DNA of 64,000 nt, taken from the NCBI GenBank assembly GCA_963720265.1, contig CAVRET010000002.1, positions 584,704 to 648,703 on the forward strand, written 5' to 3'. Source of the DNA: an uncultured bacterium (GTDB taxonomy: Bacteria; Patescibacteriota; Saccharimonadia; UBA4664). The notes beneath the pieces are model-generated. The model was given only the letters and a program-made list of their open reading frames with translations, made no database searches and was not told the origin of the DNA. Positions 48,802 to 59,155 of this stretch are shown one piece after another. The position numbers were made by a program, and so were the translations under genes. Numbering within the stretch: position 1 is the first letter of the stretch; every line of letters begins with the position of its first letter.

Positions 48802-49400
48802 TGCGCGATAATCCTGGCCGGCGCACCGTCGGCACTTAGCTTCAGCGGCAGTGCAATCACGTTAAACGTCTGTCCCTCCAAGACGGATAATCCCACCAAG
48901 TTTTCGGCCAGTAGTATATTCTTCTTCAACCAGGCCTTGTGTAACGGAAACGGCTCGGCGTCAAAGCTACCGGCATCCACCGCCATGATACTCGGCTGTC
49001 GGCCGGTAAGGTACGCCACCGATTCATCATCCAGTTTTGGCACCTTGTCGTAGTAATCGGCCGCCATATAGTCATCGCTAAAACCGGTCCACAAGAGCAC
49101 AATGTCGCCCGGCCGTAAGGCCGCTTGTTCAAGCCCGGCCAGGGTAAACCCCCGCCGACCGTCCACCAGCACACCCCGCCCAACCAGCCGGTCCACGCCA
49201 AATGCATCTAGCATTACCCCGCCGGCCATCATGTGTCCTGGCGCATCAAGATGAGTACCGTTATGAGTATCCAAACGCAGCACCGAGTCCTGATAACCAT
49301 CGCTATCAACGGTCGCAATGGTCTCAAGCTCCACCCGCGGATCACCGGGATACACCGGTGTGTTGGGGCCGAGCGGCATAGTAAGGTCAATGAGTTTCAT
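48792..49400 (-). CDS. cyclase/kynurenine formamidase family metal hydrolase
   Basis: YPGDP, HNGTHLDAPGH, ENL, LPLKL..DGAPAR. Confidence 0.88.
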   Translation of the reverse strand: MKLIDLTMPLGPNTPVYPGDPRVELETIATVDSDGYQDSVLRLDTHNGTHLDAPGHMMAGGVMLDAFGVDRLVGRGVLVDGRRGFTLAGLEQAALRPGDIVLLWTGFSDDYMAADYYDKVPKLDDESVAYLTGRQPSIMAVDAGSFDAEPFPLHKAWLKKNILLAENLVGLSVLEGQTFNVIALPLKLSADGAPARIIAQCM

Positions 49401-49459
49401 ATGGCCATTCTAGCAGCTGTACAGGGACCGGCTCATTCCCGCCTGGTACAATAGAATTC

Positions 49460-50053
49460 ATGAAGCGCTTGGTGTTGGTGACGAGTATAACGCTCGGCGT
49501 CCTCCTATTCCTGGCTGTGGCGGTCTTTTTTAGCGTCGGCTTTTACCTGTCGCCCCAAAGCCCACTCACCAAAGCCGACGTCATTGTGGCCATTTCAGGC
49601 GGTGAGACCAATGCCCGCACCGCCGCAGCCGTTGACTTATATCAGGCTGGTTATGCGCCGCACCTCATTTTCTCCGGTGCTGCGGCCGATCCGTCCGGCC
49701 CGTCCAATGCCAGAGCGATGGCCGACGCCGCCATTGCCGCAGGCGTTCCGCCGTCTGCTATCGAGCTTGACGAAACTTCCACTGATACGGCCCAAAATGC
49801 CGCCAACGTGTCCGCCATCATCCGTCGCGACAACTATCACTCCCTGATCCTCGTTACCTCGCCGTATCATCAGCGCCGGGCCTACATCGTCTTCCGGCGC
49901 GCACTCGGACCGGGCTACAACATTATCAATCACTCTAGCTACGACCAGGGCTGGCGTCGTTCCGACTGGTGGGCCACACCGGCATCACGCGCGCTGACGG
50001 TTTCCGAACTGCAAAAAGTTGCCTATGAGCTCATAAGTGGATCCAACCAATGA
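49460..50053 (+). CDS. YdcF/DUF218 family protein
   Basis: ADVIVAISGG, FSG, STDTAQNA, VTSPYHQRRA. Confidence 0.85.
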   Translation: MKRLVLVTSITLGVLLFLAVAVFFSVGFYLSPQSPLTKADVIVAISGGETNARTAAAVDLYQAGYAPHLIFSGAAADPSGPSNARAMADAAIAAGVPPSAIELDETSTDTAQNAANVSAIIRRDNYHSLILVTSPYHQRRAYIVFRRALGPGYNIINHSSYDQGWRRSDWWATPASRALTVSELQKVAYELISGSNQ

Positions 50054-51012
50054 TTGTTGATCTCGTAATTGTGGCCGCGCTCGTGTATGCCGCTTACGTC
50101 GGCACCAAGCGAGGCTTCATGCTTATCGGTCTCGAGCTGATCAGCTTCGTTATCGCCACCGCTGCCGGCCTGTTGGCCTATCGCCCGGTTGGTACCTGGT
50201 TGCATGCGTTGCCCACGGTTACGCTTGCGCTCGGAGAAATCGGCGGTTTTGTGCTGGTTTGGGTGTTTGTTGAGATCCTCTGTGCGCTCGTCATTCGACT
50301 AACCGTATTACCGCGTCTTATGCGCAGTCGTCATCAACTGTCACGGATCGACCAGGCCGGCGGCGCCGTACTCAATACGCTGCGCGGCCTTATTCTGCTC
50401 ACGCTCGGGCTGATCGTGTTTGTCGGCCTCCCGGTTTCCGCCAGCACGAAACAGCCGGTTACCGAAGCCGCCCTGCCGAAACTCATGTTGGCCAAAAGCG
50501 GCCAGCTTCAAACCTGGCTATCGAACGGCCTCGGTGGCGACCTCAACCAGTCACTCAACTTTTTCACCGTCACCACTGATCCCGAATCCACCGAGCACAT
50601 CAATCTCGGCTACACCACCACCGGCATCGCCGACCCGGCCGACGAAGAAGCTATGCTGGTGCTGGTCAATCACGAGCGCACCAGTCGCGGCTTGAAACCG
50701 CTTGTTATGGACCAAAAGATTCGCCTCGAAGCGCGGGCCTACTCGCAAGAAATGTTCCAGCACGGCTACTTCTCGCACATCGACCCCGAGGGCAACAACC
50801 CGTTCGAGCGCATGACCGCAGCCGGCATTAAATACAATGTGGCCGGCGAAAACCTGGCCTTAGCACCCACGCTCCAACTCGCGCACCAGGGGCTCATGAA
50901 TTCGCCGCCCCACCGCGCCAACATTCTCAATCCGTCCTTCCGCAAAGTCGGCATTGGTATTGAAAACGGCGGCTCCTACGGCCTCATGGTCACCCAGGAC
51001 TTCACCGACTAA
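50050..51012 (+). CDS. CvpA + CAP (SCP) domain membrane protein
   Basis: 4 TM segments then LVNHER..RGL, YFSH, GENLA, MNSPPHRANIL, GIG. Confidence 0.85.
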   Translation: MIVDLVIVAALVYAAYVGTKRGFMLIGLELISFVIATAAGLLAYRPVGTWLHALPTVTLALGEIGGFVLVWVFVEILCALVIRLTVLPRLMRSRHQLSRIDQAGGAVLNTLRGLILLTLGLIVFVGLPVSASTKQPVTEAALPKLMLAKSGQLQTWLSNGLGGDLNQSLNFFTVTTDPESTEHINLGYTTTGIADPADEEAMLVLVNHERTSRGLKPLVMDQKIRLEARAYSQEMFQHGYFSHIDPEGNNPFERMTAAGIKYNVAGENLALAPTLQLAHQGLMNSPPHRANILNPSFRKVGIGIENGGSYGLMVTQDFTD

Positions 51013-51075
51013 AAAAACGCCCGCCCTTCCAACTGGAAAGGCGGGATGGGGCGGCCCATAGCAGCCGCCCGCCCG

Positions 51076-51537
51076 TCAACTGTGGTATGACACGGTCAAG
51101 TGTTGCATGGCCAGCGGCCGCACCCGGTCCAAGATGACCGCTTCAGGCGTACCTGCGGCCGGCAGGCCGGCAGCCACGATGGCCTTCGTATCTGCGTGCC
51201 TCAGCACCCAGAATGGGCCGGTCGGTCCCGGCCGCACATGTATGGGCCACGTGCTCGCTGCGTACTCAACATTTTCCTCCGGCCCGGTATCTGGAAATAC
51301 TGCCAGCGCCCGGTCACGGTTGTGGTCGGCGATATAGGCCAGAACAAGTCCGGTAATCGCCAGTTCGAATGTGCGCCGTTCCTCAGCCTGCTCGTCTGTA
51401 AGCTGCACCTGTTCGGTACGGGCCGCCTCTACCGCGCCATCCGGGTTATATAGGGTCCAGCGAATGCCCCTTGGGTTCTCTGCGATCACGAGCAGGTAGC
51501 GATCACTGCCCACATAGAGGTACATTGCTCCTAGCAT
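51076..51537 (-). CDS. hypothetical orphan
   Basis: AAGGAG SD; hairpins at 51017-51075. Confidence 0.55.
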   Translation of the reverse strand: MLGAMYLYVGSDRYLLVIAENPRGIRWTLYNPDGAVEAARTEQVQLTDEQAEERRTFELAITGLVLAYIADHNRDRALAVFPDTGPEENVEYAASTWPIHVRPGPTGPFWVLRHADTKAIVAAGLPAAGTPEAVILDRVRPLAMQHLTVSYHS

Positions 51538-51592
51538 CAGGCATCTCCTTCTGTCGATTGGCCCCCAGGGTCATGCTATAATAAAATATAAT

Positions 51593-52639
51593 ATGCCAAC
51601 TGTCTATGTCGGTCTTAGCGGGGGAGTCGATTCCTCCACCTCAGCCGCCTTGCTCAAAACGCAGGGCTATAACGTCATGGGCGTGTACATGAAGAACTGG
51701 ACTTCCGACGTTGCCGGCGTGGCCTGCCCGTGGAAGCAGGACCTGGCCGACGCCCGTGCTGCTGCGGCCGTACTCGACATTCCATTTAAGGTCTTTGATT
51801 TTCAGGCCGAATATCGCCAGCACGTCGTCGACGCTATGGTGGCCGAATACAAATCAGGTCGCACGCCCAACCCCGATGTGCTCTGCAACCAGCACATCAA
51901 GTTCGACCTATTTTTGCGCACCGCCCTAGCCGACGGCGCCGACCTCATTGCGACCGGTCATTACGCGAAAACGGAAAACGGCCGGCTCTTCGCTGCCGCC
52001 GACAAAAATAAGGACCAAAGCTACTTCCTCTACCGTCTCACGCCCGATGCTCTGGCCAAAACCATCTTTCCACTAGCCGCCATCACCAAGCCAGAAGTGC
52101 GCCGACTGGCGGCCAAATTTGGTCTGCCCACAGCCACAAAGCCCGACTCCCAAGGCATTTGCTTCATTGGCGAAGTGAGTCTGCGCGAATTCTTGCAGCA
52201 ATATCTCACGCCCGCACCTGGTCCGGTCGTGCTGGCCGCCACCGGAGAAACGCTTGGGGCCCATACAGGCGCCGAATTCTACACGCACGGTCAGCGCCAC
52301 GGCCTCGGCATCGGTGGCGGCATGCCGTATTACGTTACTCGCACCGATGTCACGACCGGCACGGTGTACGTCACCGCTGACCCGGCCGACCTCGAGCTCA
52401 CAACCGACCGCTTTGAGCTCGAAAACCTCCATTGGATCAGTGAGCCACCGACGCCCGGCCAAACCTACCACGTCCGCGCCCGCTACCGGGCTGCGCTCAT
52501 TACCGGCACACTCACGCCCAACACCGTCGGCACCCACGCCGTGCAGCTCGAGCGCCCCGAGCGCGCCGTTACTCCCGGCCAGTCAGCTGTTATCTATGAC
52601 GACTCTAGCCGTGTCCTCGGCGGCGGCCTCATCGCATAG
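51593..52639 (+). CDS. mnmA: tRNA 2-thiouridine(34) synthase
   Basis: SGGVDS, PNPDVLCN, ATGHY, KDQSYFL, DSQGICF, PGQSAV. Confidence 0.95.
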   Translation: MPTVYVGLSGGVDSSTSAALLKTQGYNVMGVYMKNWTSDVAGVACPWKQDLADARAAAAVLDIPFKVFDFQAEYRQHVVDAMVAEYKSGRTPNPDVLCNQHIKFDLFLRTALADGADLIATGHYAKTENGRLFAAADKNKDQSYFLYRLTPDALAKTIFPLAAITKPEVRRLAAKFGLPTATKPDSQGICFIGEVSLREFLQQYLTPAPGPVVLAATGETLGAHTGAEFYTHGQRHGLGIGGGMPYYVTRTDVTTGTVYVTADPADLELTTDRFELENLHWISEPPTPGQTYHVRARYRAALITGTLTPNTVGTHAVQLERPERAVTPGQSAVIYDDSSRVLGGGLIA

Positions 52640-53198
52640 CATGGTAAACATTTAGGTACCACTTGTGCGGGTCAGAATCCTGAATCCCGAGCCACAACGA
52701 CCGCGCAGTCTCGGTATACAGATCGTTTACAAACATATTCTCGCGTAAAGTACCCATGCTACGGGCAAACTTCCATGCATCGCGCTGCTCACGAAACTCC
52801 ATGTCTACATCCAGCCGGTCAGCGTCCTTAACGATTTTTGCCTCAAGGGTCTCCATAGCCGCAAGTTCCCGCCACCACTTTGTGCCCTCGCCGGCCAGTA
52901 CCGTGTCCGCCAGCATGTGTTTGACTGCCTTTGTCTCGTCTCGGTGCAAATAAGCCTTATTAAACCAATTGGCGTCACCGGTGCGGCTTTCACCAATATC
53001 GTGCATGAGTGCCAACTGGAGCACCTTGCCGGCATCGGCCTGCTCATACAATGCAATCACAATCGCGATCCAGGCCACTCGCAAGGTGTGCTCCGCCACG
53101 TTCTGGACATTGGGACCATAAAACTGTACCCATTGACGGTCGATAAACCGCATCGCCCCGAGTTCATACAACAGATCGAGATCGCGGGAGGTACCCAC
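52629..53198 (-). CDS. HD-domain phosphohydrolase (YfbR/HD_3-like)
   Basis: VAEH..RV, MHDIGESRTGD, KDADRLD. Confidence 0.85.
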   Translation of the reverse strand: MGTSRDLDLLYELGAMRFIDRQWVQFYGPNVQNVAEHTLRVAWIAIVIALYEQADAGKVLQLALMHDIGESRTGDANWFNKAYLHRDETKAVKHMLADTVLAGEGTKWWRELAAMETLEAKIVKDADRLDVDMEFREQRDAWKFARSMGTLRENMFVNDLYTETARSLWLGIQDSDPHKWYLNVYHAMR

Positions 53199-53911
53199 TA
53201 GTAATCCTCCTTCTTGCTCTCATATGACTGCTCCCAAAACAAAATGCCATCCTGCAAGGTATGGTCAATGACGTCCTCAACACCGGGAAACAGATTATCC
53301 AGTCTCTGGATCTCTGCTCGCGTATACCAATGGTTCGCGCCGCCGTCAAACCGGGCTTTAAAATCGCCGTGCGGATTCAGCGCCCGGAGGATGTAAAAGT
53401 GCTTGTCCTCGAGCAAATCGCCCTCGGTCGTGTAATCAAGCTTGTGGTAGAGGCACGTTAAAGTCATATCAGCGCGTAGACCAGCTTCTTCCATAAGTTC
53501 ACGCTCCGCCCCCTGAATTACCGTCTCGCCCCACCGGATCTTGCCACTCATAAACCCATGCCGGCCATAAAACGGCTGCTTCAACCGCTGCTGAATCATG
53601 TACTCGGTCTCGCCATCCGGACGCTCGCGGCTCGGCACCAGCAAGACGGTTATCTTGGCCTGCCGTTCAATCGTGCGCTCATCAGTATCCAGCCGGTTGG
53701 CATACTCCTTGCCCTTCACCGTTAACCGGTACCGGCCCGTTCTCACCTGCTCCACAAATCCCAGCTCGACCAGTCGCGCAATGTGAAAGTTAAAATGGTT
53801 GCTCGCAAGCCCCGTCGGCTTCTGCAATTCGGCAAACCCGGCTTCGGGCACAAACAACAGCTCGCGCAAAATTGAGGTCTGGGCAGCATGAATGGAAACT
53901 TCGTGACTCAT
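53198..53911 (-). CDS. wHTH-Nudix fusion protein (copy 1)
   Basis: N-terminal ArsR-like wHTH; intact Nudix box [22 protein letters not shown]. Confidence 0.85.
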   Translation of the reverse strand: MSHEVSIHAAQTSILRELLFVPEAGFAELQKPTGLASNHFNFHIARLVELGFVEQVRTGRYRLTVKGKEYANRLDTDERTIERQAKITVLLVPSRERPDGETEYMIQQRLKQPFYGRHGFMSGKIRWGETVIQGAERELMEEAGLRADMTLTCLYHKLDYTTEGDLLEDKHFYILRALNPHGDFKARFDGGANHWYTRAEIQRLDNLFPGVEDVIDHTLQDGILFWEQSYESKKEDY

Positions 53912-53972
53912 TACGCCCACAGTCTACGGACACATTGGGGCTTCGTCTAGTCAAGCGAGCTTGAGTTACCTA

Positions 53973-54683
53973 CTAAAACACCTTGCGATCGTATTCGTGC
54001 CGACCTTCCACAAACACACGCTCACCTGACAAAATACTCAGGCCAACGTCAAAGTTGCCAAAATGCTTCGGCTGGGCCAGCACCTCATCCAGTATCATCC
54101 AGGCATTCTGTCCGCCCTCAAAACGCTCTCGCAACTCTCCCTGAACATTAGTGCAATGGATATTAAAAAACAGTTTATCCTCAAGCAGCACATCAGTACC
54201 TTTTTCGAATGTTAATTCATGGTACAGGCCGAGGATTTTGTGGTCGGCCGTAAGACCCGTCTCCTCCGCAAGCTCGCGTGCCGCCGCCTCCACAATCGTC
54301 TCACCCCAGCGAATTTTGCCCGTCGGCCTGCCCCAAAAGCCAAAATACGGGTGCTTAAGCCGCTGTTGAAATAGAAACTCCTGCCGCCCGCCGCGCCTGC
54401 GCTCAATAATCAGCAGCACCACACATTTCGGTTGCCGCTCGACCGTATTGTTGTCGGTATCGAGCCGGTTGGCATACTCCTTGCCGGCTGTAGTTAGCCT
54501 GTAACGCGCCCGCCCGGCTCGCTCCACATAGACAAGCTCCACCAGCCGGTTAATATGAAACGTAAAGTGGTCGCTCGAAAGTCCCGTCGGCTTCTGCAGT
54601 TCCGCAAACCCGGCCGTCGGCAAAAACAGCAGCTCCCGCAGAATTGACGTTTGCGCCTCATGAATTTTCACTTCATGGCCCAT
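53973..54683 (-). CDS. wHTH-Nudix fusion protein (copy 2)
   Basis: Close paralog of copy 1; Nudix box [22 protein letters not shown]. Confidence 0.85.
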   Translation of the reverse strand: MGHEVKIHEAQTSILRELLFLPTAGFAELQKPTGLSSDHFTFHINRLVELVYVERAGRARYRLTTAGKEYANRLDTDNNTVERQPKCVVLLIIERRRGGRQEFLFQQRLKHPYFGFWGRPTGKIRWGETIVEAAARELAEETGLTADHKILGLYHELTFEKGTDVLLEDKLFFNIHCTNVQGELRERFEGGQNAWMILDEVLAQPKHFGNFDVGLSILSGERVFVEGRHEYDRKVF

Positions 54684-54734
54684 AGCCGCACTCTGTTACT
54701 GCCGCGAGTATACGGCTCGCCCACCCACATGACT

Positions 54735-54752
54735 AGTAAAGTTGACTTTACT
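54735..54752. promoter_or_regulatory. palindromic candidate operator
   Basis: AGTAAAGT-TG-ACTTTACT, perfect 8-bp arms upstream of the wHTH-Nudix genes. Confidence 0.4.
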
Positions 54753-54802
54753 TGTGTAAACTACCCTAACCCCAACGTTACCCACTGAAGGGAGCAGCCC
54801 AA

Positions 54803-55219
54803 ATGGACGGGCCCACAAAGCTAACCTCGTCATCGCGGCGCCATTCCATGGTCAATACCAGGCCCGCGCGCGGCCTGTCGGCCCAGCAAATACTGGCCCG
54901 GCTTCTGCCACCTGGCACACCAACCGTGACCGCACTCGAACGGTGCGGAGCGCTGCGCCGAATGGTCTTGCGCCTCTGCAGCCACACGGCGTATGGACGC
55001 ACCAACCCGGATGAGCGCTACGACATTAAGGCCGATCGCAGGGTACTGATAGAGGCCGGCATTGGCTGGGAAGAGTTCCTGGCCATACACGACCAGGTCG
55101 TGGCCGGCGACTACCGCCTTTGCACTCGTCTGCTGGTGTCACTGCGGTGCCAACGGCGCCTGCTGGATTATGTCCGCGCCCGCCAAGGATCCGCCGGCGG
55201 AGAGCTCGTCCGGACGTAA
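54803..55219 (+). CDS. basic hypothetical orphan
   Basis: AAGGGAG SD; hairpin at about 55252-55287. Confidence 0.45.
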   Translation: MDGPTKLTSSSRRHSMVNTRPARGLSAQQILARLLPPGTPTVTALERCGALRRMVLRLCSHTAYGRTNPDERYDIKADRRVLIEAGIGWEEFLAIHDQVVAGDYRLCTRLLVSLRCQRRLLDYVRARQGSAGGELVRT

Positions 55220-55324
55220 TCAGCAAAGGGAGGCCGATGTGCCGGCAAGTTGGGGATAGGCGGGCGCCTCACCGCGCCCGCCTATCCTTTGGAATTATGA
55301 AGAACCTACGCTAAACTATCACCC

Positions 55325-57214
55325 ATGACCACGCAAGAAATTCGTTCCGCCTATCTCAAATTTATGGCCGACCGCGGCCACGCCATTATCCCCCGCGCCA
55401 ACTTGGTGCCGGCCGAGGATCCTACCACGCTCTTTACCGGTTCGGGTATGCAGCCGCTCGTGCCCTACTTGCTCGGCGCCGAGCACCCGGAGGGCAAACG
55501 ACTGGCAGATTCGCAGCCCAGCTTCCGCGCCGAAGATATCGATGAGGTCGGCGACAATCGCCACACTACCCTGTTCGAAATGCTCGGCAACTGGAGCCTC
55601 GGTGATTACTTTAAGGCCGAAGAATTACTCTGGTTTTGGGAATTCCTAACCGAAGTCGTCGGCCTTGATCCCAAGCGGCTCTATTCTACCGCATACATCG
55701 GCGACGAGAAATACGACATTCCACCCGACACCGAATCAGTTGAAATCTGGAAAAAGTTGTTTGCCCAAAAGAATATCGAAGCCGAAGTTGCCGAAATCGG
55801 CTCCGAAGCCGAAGGTTACAAGCGCGGCATGAGGCCAGGCGAGCGCATTTTCCTTTACGACGGCAAAAAAAATTGGTGGAACCGCGGCGAAAAAGGGCCC
55901 AAAACCACTCCCATTGGTGACCCCTGCGGCCCTAACTCCGAAGTCTTTTACGAGTTCACCCACATCGTGCACAACAAGGCCTGGGGCGAACATTGCCACC
56001 CCAACTGCGACTGCGGTCGGTTTGTAGAAGTCGGTAACGCTGTCTTCATGCAGTACCGCAAGCGCGAGGACGGCGGCCTCGACAAGCTGCCCAAAGCTAA
56101 CGTCGATTTTGGCGGCGGCCTTGAGCGCATTGCCCAGGCGGCCGAAGGCTCGGGCGACATGTTTAAAATCAGCCTACTCTGGCCCATCATCCGCAAACTC
56201 GAGGAGCTATCCGGCTTCACGTATGATCAAAATCCCGGCGCTATGCGCATTATTGCCGACCATCTGCGCGCCGCCACCTGGCTGGCCACCGACGGCGTGA
56301 TGCCGAGTAACACTGCCCAGGGCTACGTTATGCGCCGCTTCATTCGTCGCGCCATCCGCCAGGCGCTCACACTCGACCTCCGTGACGACTTCCTTGAGCT
56401 CATCGTGCCGGTCATCACCGAACTCTACAAAAAAGACTATCCCGAGATGGCTGCTCGCGAAGAAACCATCATCCATACTCTGGTCAGCGAGGAAAAACAA
56501 TTCCGCGCCACCCTGGAGCGTGGCGTCCGCGAATTCGACAAGCTCTCCGAGCACGGCCTCACCGGTTATGAAATCTTCAAACTCTTCGACACGTTTGGCT
56601 TCCCCTACGAATTAACCCTTGAAGAAGCTGAAACCAAGCACATCAAAATCTCCAACAACTGGCGCGAGCAGTTCGACAAACTCATGGCCGAGCAAAAAGA
56701 CCGTTCCCGCACCGCCACCGTGGGCCAATTCAAAGGCGGCCTGGCCGACCATTCAGAAATCAGCACGAAGTACCACACCGCCACCCACCTCATGTATAAG
56801 GCCCTGCGGCTCGTACTCGGCGACCACGTCGTGCAGCGTGGCTCAAACATCACGCCCGAGCGCTTGCGCTTCGACTTTTCATACCCAGCCAAGATGACCC
56901 CGGAAGAGATCAAGCGTGTCGAAGACATTGTGAACGAAAACATTGCCAAAGACTGGCCCATGGGCTTTCGCGAAATCCCGACCGAGCAGGCCTTTAAAGA
57001 GGGGGCTCTCGGCGCATTTGGCGACAAGTACGGCGACAAGGTCAAGGTTTACACTGCTGGCGACCCGGAAGGTGAGTGGTACTCCAAGGAAATCTGCGGC
57101 GGCCCGCACGTTTCGCACACCGGCCAACTCGCCGAGGGCGGCAAGCACTTCAAAATCACCAAAGAAGAATCATCATCCGCCGGCGTCCGCCGCATCAAAG
57201 CTGTATTACAATAG
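55325..57214 (+). CDS. alaS: alanyl-tRNA synthetase, short form without C-Ala domain
   Basis: DPTTLFTGSGMQP, FEMLGNWS, GGGLER, HTATHL, EICGGPHV; ends after GVRRIKAV. Confidence 0.95.
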   Translation: MTTQEIRSAYLKFMADRGHAIIPRANLVPAEDPTTLFTGSGMQPLVPYLLGAEHPEGKRLADSQPSFRAEDIDEVGDNRHTTLFEMLGNWSLGDYFKAEELLWFWEFLTEVVGLDPKRLYSTAYIGDEKYDIPPDTESVEIWKKLFAQKNIEAEVAEIGSEAEGYKRGMRPGERIFLYDGKKNWWNRGEKGPKTTPIGDPCGPNSEVFYEFTHIVHNKAWGEHCHPNCDCGRFVEVGNAVFMQYRKREDGGLDKLPKANVDFGGGLERIAQAAEGSGDMFKISLLWPIIRKLEELSGFTYDQNPGAMRIIADHLRAATWLATDGVMPSNTAQGYVMRRFIRRAIRQALTLDLRDDFLELIVPVITELYKKDYPEMAAREETIIHTLVSEEKQFRATLERGVREFDKLSEHGLTGYEIFKLFDTFGFPYELTLEEAETKHIKISNNWREQFDKLMAEQKDRSRTATVGQFKGGLADHSEISTKYHTATHLMYKALRLVLGDHVVQRGSNITPERLRFDFSYPAKMTPEEIKRVEDIVNENIAKDWPMGFREIPTEQAFKEGALGAFGDKYGDKVKVYTAGDPEGEWYSKEICGGPHVSHTGQLAEGGKHFKITKEESSSAGVRRIKAVLQ

Positions 57215-57218
57215 AACC

Positions 57219-57548
57219 ATGCCAATCATTCGCATCGAATACGACCCCGACAAAATTTCAGCCGAGCAAATCACGCACCTAGCCCTTGAGGTTGTGTCAT
57301 ATACTCGGGAAGTTACCGGCATACCCGAAACGTACGCCTGGGCCAATGCCTCGCAAATCCGGATCGACATTGATCCGGTTGATATCTTTATTGAGCTTTC
57401 GGCCCACAAGGTGCCAGATGGCGACGCCAGCAAACTCTCAAAGCCAATCGCTGCCAAAATCAAGCAGTGGAAGGCCGACCACAACTTTCACCACCCCATC
57501 AACTTAACAGTAACACCGGTGAACTGGCAGCTCGAAATCGGCATTTAG
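57219..57548 (+). CDS. tautomerase/MIF-like protein
   Basis: Starts M-P-I-I-R-I-E-Y (Pro-1); TACAAT 6 nt before the ATG. Confidence 0.6.
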   Translation: MPIIRIEYDPDKISAEQITHLALEVVSYTREVTGIPETYAWANASQIRIDIDPVDIFIELSAHKVPDGDASKLSKPIAAKIKQWKADHNFHHPINLTVTPVNWQLEIGI

Positions 57549-57575
57549 CCAACGCCAACAATCACTACCCCACAT

Positions 57576-57991
57576 AAAAAAGGAAGGCCGGCTCTGTCGC
57601 AAGGACAGGCCGGCTTCGTCCGTAGAGGAAAAGTATGTGGGACCCGCGAGCGCAGGGCCGCAGGCAGTGTTGAGGCATGGGCGGTTTTTGGAGCAATACG
57701 CGGTTAGTCCGCGCTCCAGCCGCTCACCGGGCAGGTTCGTTCGAACGATCGACGACACTTACCCCAAGGTTGTTGTGTGTGCTTATTATCGTGAACGGCC
57801 GACAAACCATCATCGGCAAAAAGCTAGGCGCTTTCCAAACCGTTCTATTGGCACACCTCGTTTGTGCGAACATATCCAGTGGCCCGCAGCCGTTGGCCCC
57901 AAACGGGCTCCACCATACAAAGCTGGTGGTCATGGCTGCGTAGCCAACACAAACGAAAAACCTTACCTCTTACTACACCTCCAACGAACGC
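57576..57991 (-). ncRNA. putative structured ncRNA (about 415 nt), class unknown
   Basis: TTGAAT-17-TTTAAT promoter (58024-57996); 5'/3' closing stem; multibranch helices; terminator hairpin + U6. Confidence 0.62.
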
Positions 57992-58069
57992 CGGCATTAA
58001 ACCATAAACTCCCCGGATATTCAATGGCTGTCAGGCAAACACAAGCTTGTTATAATCAGATTAACGAAC

Positions 58070-58723
58070 ATGAGGCAAGGGCTGGGCGTGGCGTGGGGGT
58101 CTATTAAACTATGGGTCGTTGTTGCCGTTGTCCTTGGGCTCGGCTTTGTTGCCTCGGCTTATCTCAATTTTTACCAGTACCAGCAGGCCAACCAGGAACA
58201 ATCCCAGCTGCAAGGCCAAATTACCGATCTGACCTATCAGGTGAAACAGGATCACCTGCCCGGCGGCGACGCTTATTCGCCCTCGCCGAGCCCTGCTGCT
58301 AATTCTGGTTCAAGCGCAAGCCCGAGTCCTTCGCCGAGCCCCTCACCGTCCGTAGCCGGTACGGCCAGCATTAAAATTAGCCAATTCGGCGTCAACTTCA
58401 CCGTTTCCGATCCAATCGTTGACCTCACCTATGCTCCGACCGAATCCGGTGGGCTAATCGTCGCCGGCCTCACGACTCAAAGTTTGCTCGCAAAATACCC
58501 CGGTTGCACTCCGTCCAACGCCGCTCTTGGCATGTTGGTGCGCAGGCCCACGGGTGAAACCGCTCCTTCGCACGACAAACTCGTTAAAAATCTTGGTGGC
58601 TATAGCTTTTATTATGTGGCGCCCTTAGGCTATTGCACCTCCGACTCAGCCGGCCGCAATATTATCGCCGCCGACTCCGCCGCGCTCTCTGGCACTGCGC
58701 TGGCAACATTGGAGAGCGACTAG
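58070..58723 (+). CDS. membrane-anchored protein with short coiled coil, SP-repeat linker and 2-Cys domain
   Basis: TM segment, QSQLQGQITDL, SPSPSP, two Cys. Confidence 0.65.
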   Translation: MRQGLGVAWGSIKLWVVVAVVLGLGFVASAYLNFYQYQQANQEQSQLQGQITDLTYQVKQDHLPGGDAYSPSPSPAANSGSSASPSPSPSPSPSVAGTASIKISQFGVNFTVSDPIVDLTYAPTESGGLIVAGLTTQSLLAKYPGCTPSNAALGMLVRRPTGETAPSHDKLVKNLGGYSFYYVAPLGYCTSDSAGRNIIAADSAALSGTALATLESD

Positions 58724-58782
58724 CAATCAGTTGCGCCACTGTCCGCAGCGACGTAAGCTGGTGAAGTGAACGAAGGGCAGGC

Positions 58783-59073
58783 ATGCACAACTCCCGCAAA
58801 CTTATCACGCTACTCTGGATAGTCATCGCCGTGCTCGTGGTCGGCGGTGGCATAGCGGCCTTTCTGTTGATTCATAAAGTCAACGATCTCGAGAGCAATA
58901 ATTCTGACCTCAACAGCGACGTCTCGGATTTGCGCAGCCAACTCCAACAAGCGCAAACCACGCCATCACCCACGCCTACTCCCAGCCTGACGCCGACACC
59001 GTCACCCAAGCCCGCTGCCACGCCTACGCCGGCCGCCAAAGCAACCACTCCAACGCCGGTGCCAAAGGGCTAA
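58783..59073 (+). CDS. small TM + coiled-coil + PT-repeat protein
   Basis: TM segment, heptad repeats, TPSPTP tail. Confidence 0.6.
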   Translation: MHNSRKLITLLWIVIAVLVVGGGIAAFLLIHKVNDLESNNSDLNSDVSDLRSQLQQAQTTPSPTPTPSLTPTPSPKPAATPTPAAKATTPTPVPKG

Positions 59074-59155
59074 CGACCAGGCAGCCACTGGGCCTAGGTG
59101 TTTGGCGCCCCGCACCATAAGCGCTACAATTGCAAGGTAACTGCACACATAGGTC

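Noticed and set aside
250-55290. Orphan-flanking hairpins as integron attC sites or REP elements
   Set aside because: The hairpins share no primary sequence or RYYYAAC/GTTRRRY ends, the orphans occur in both orientations, and no integron integrase is present.
55325-57214. alaS as a truncated pseudogene
   Set aside because: Catalytic and editing motifs are intact and the gene ends cleanly; loss of the C-Ala domain is consistent with reduced genomes.
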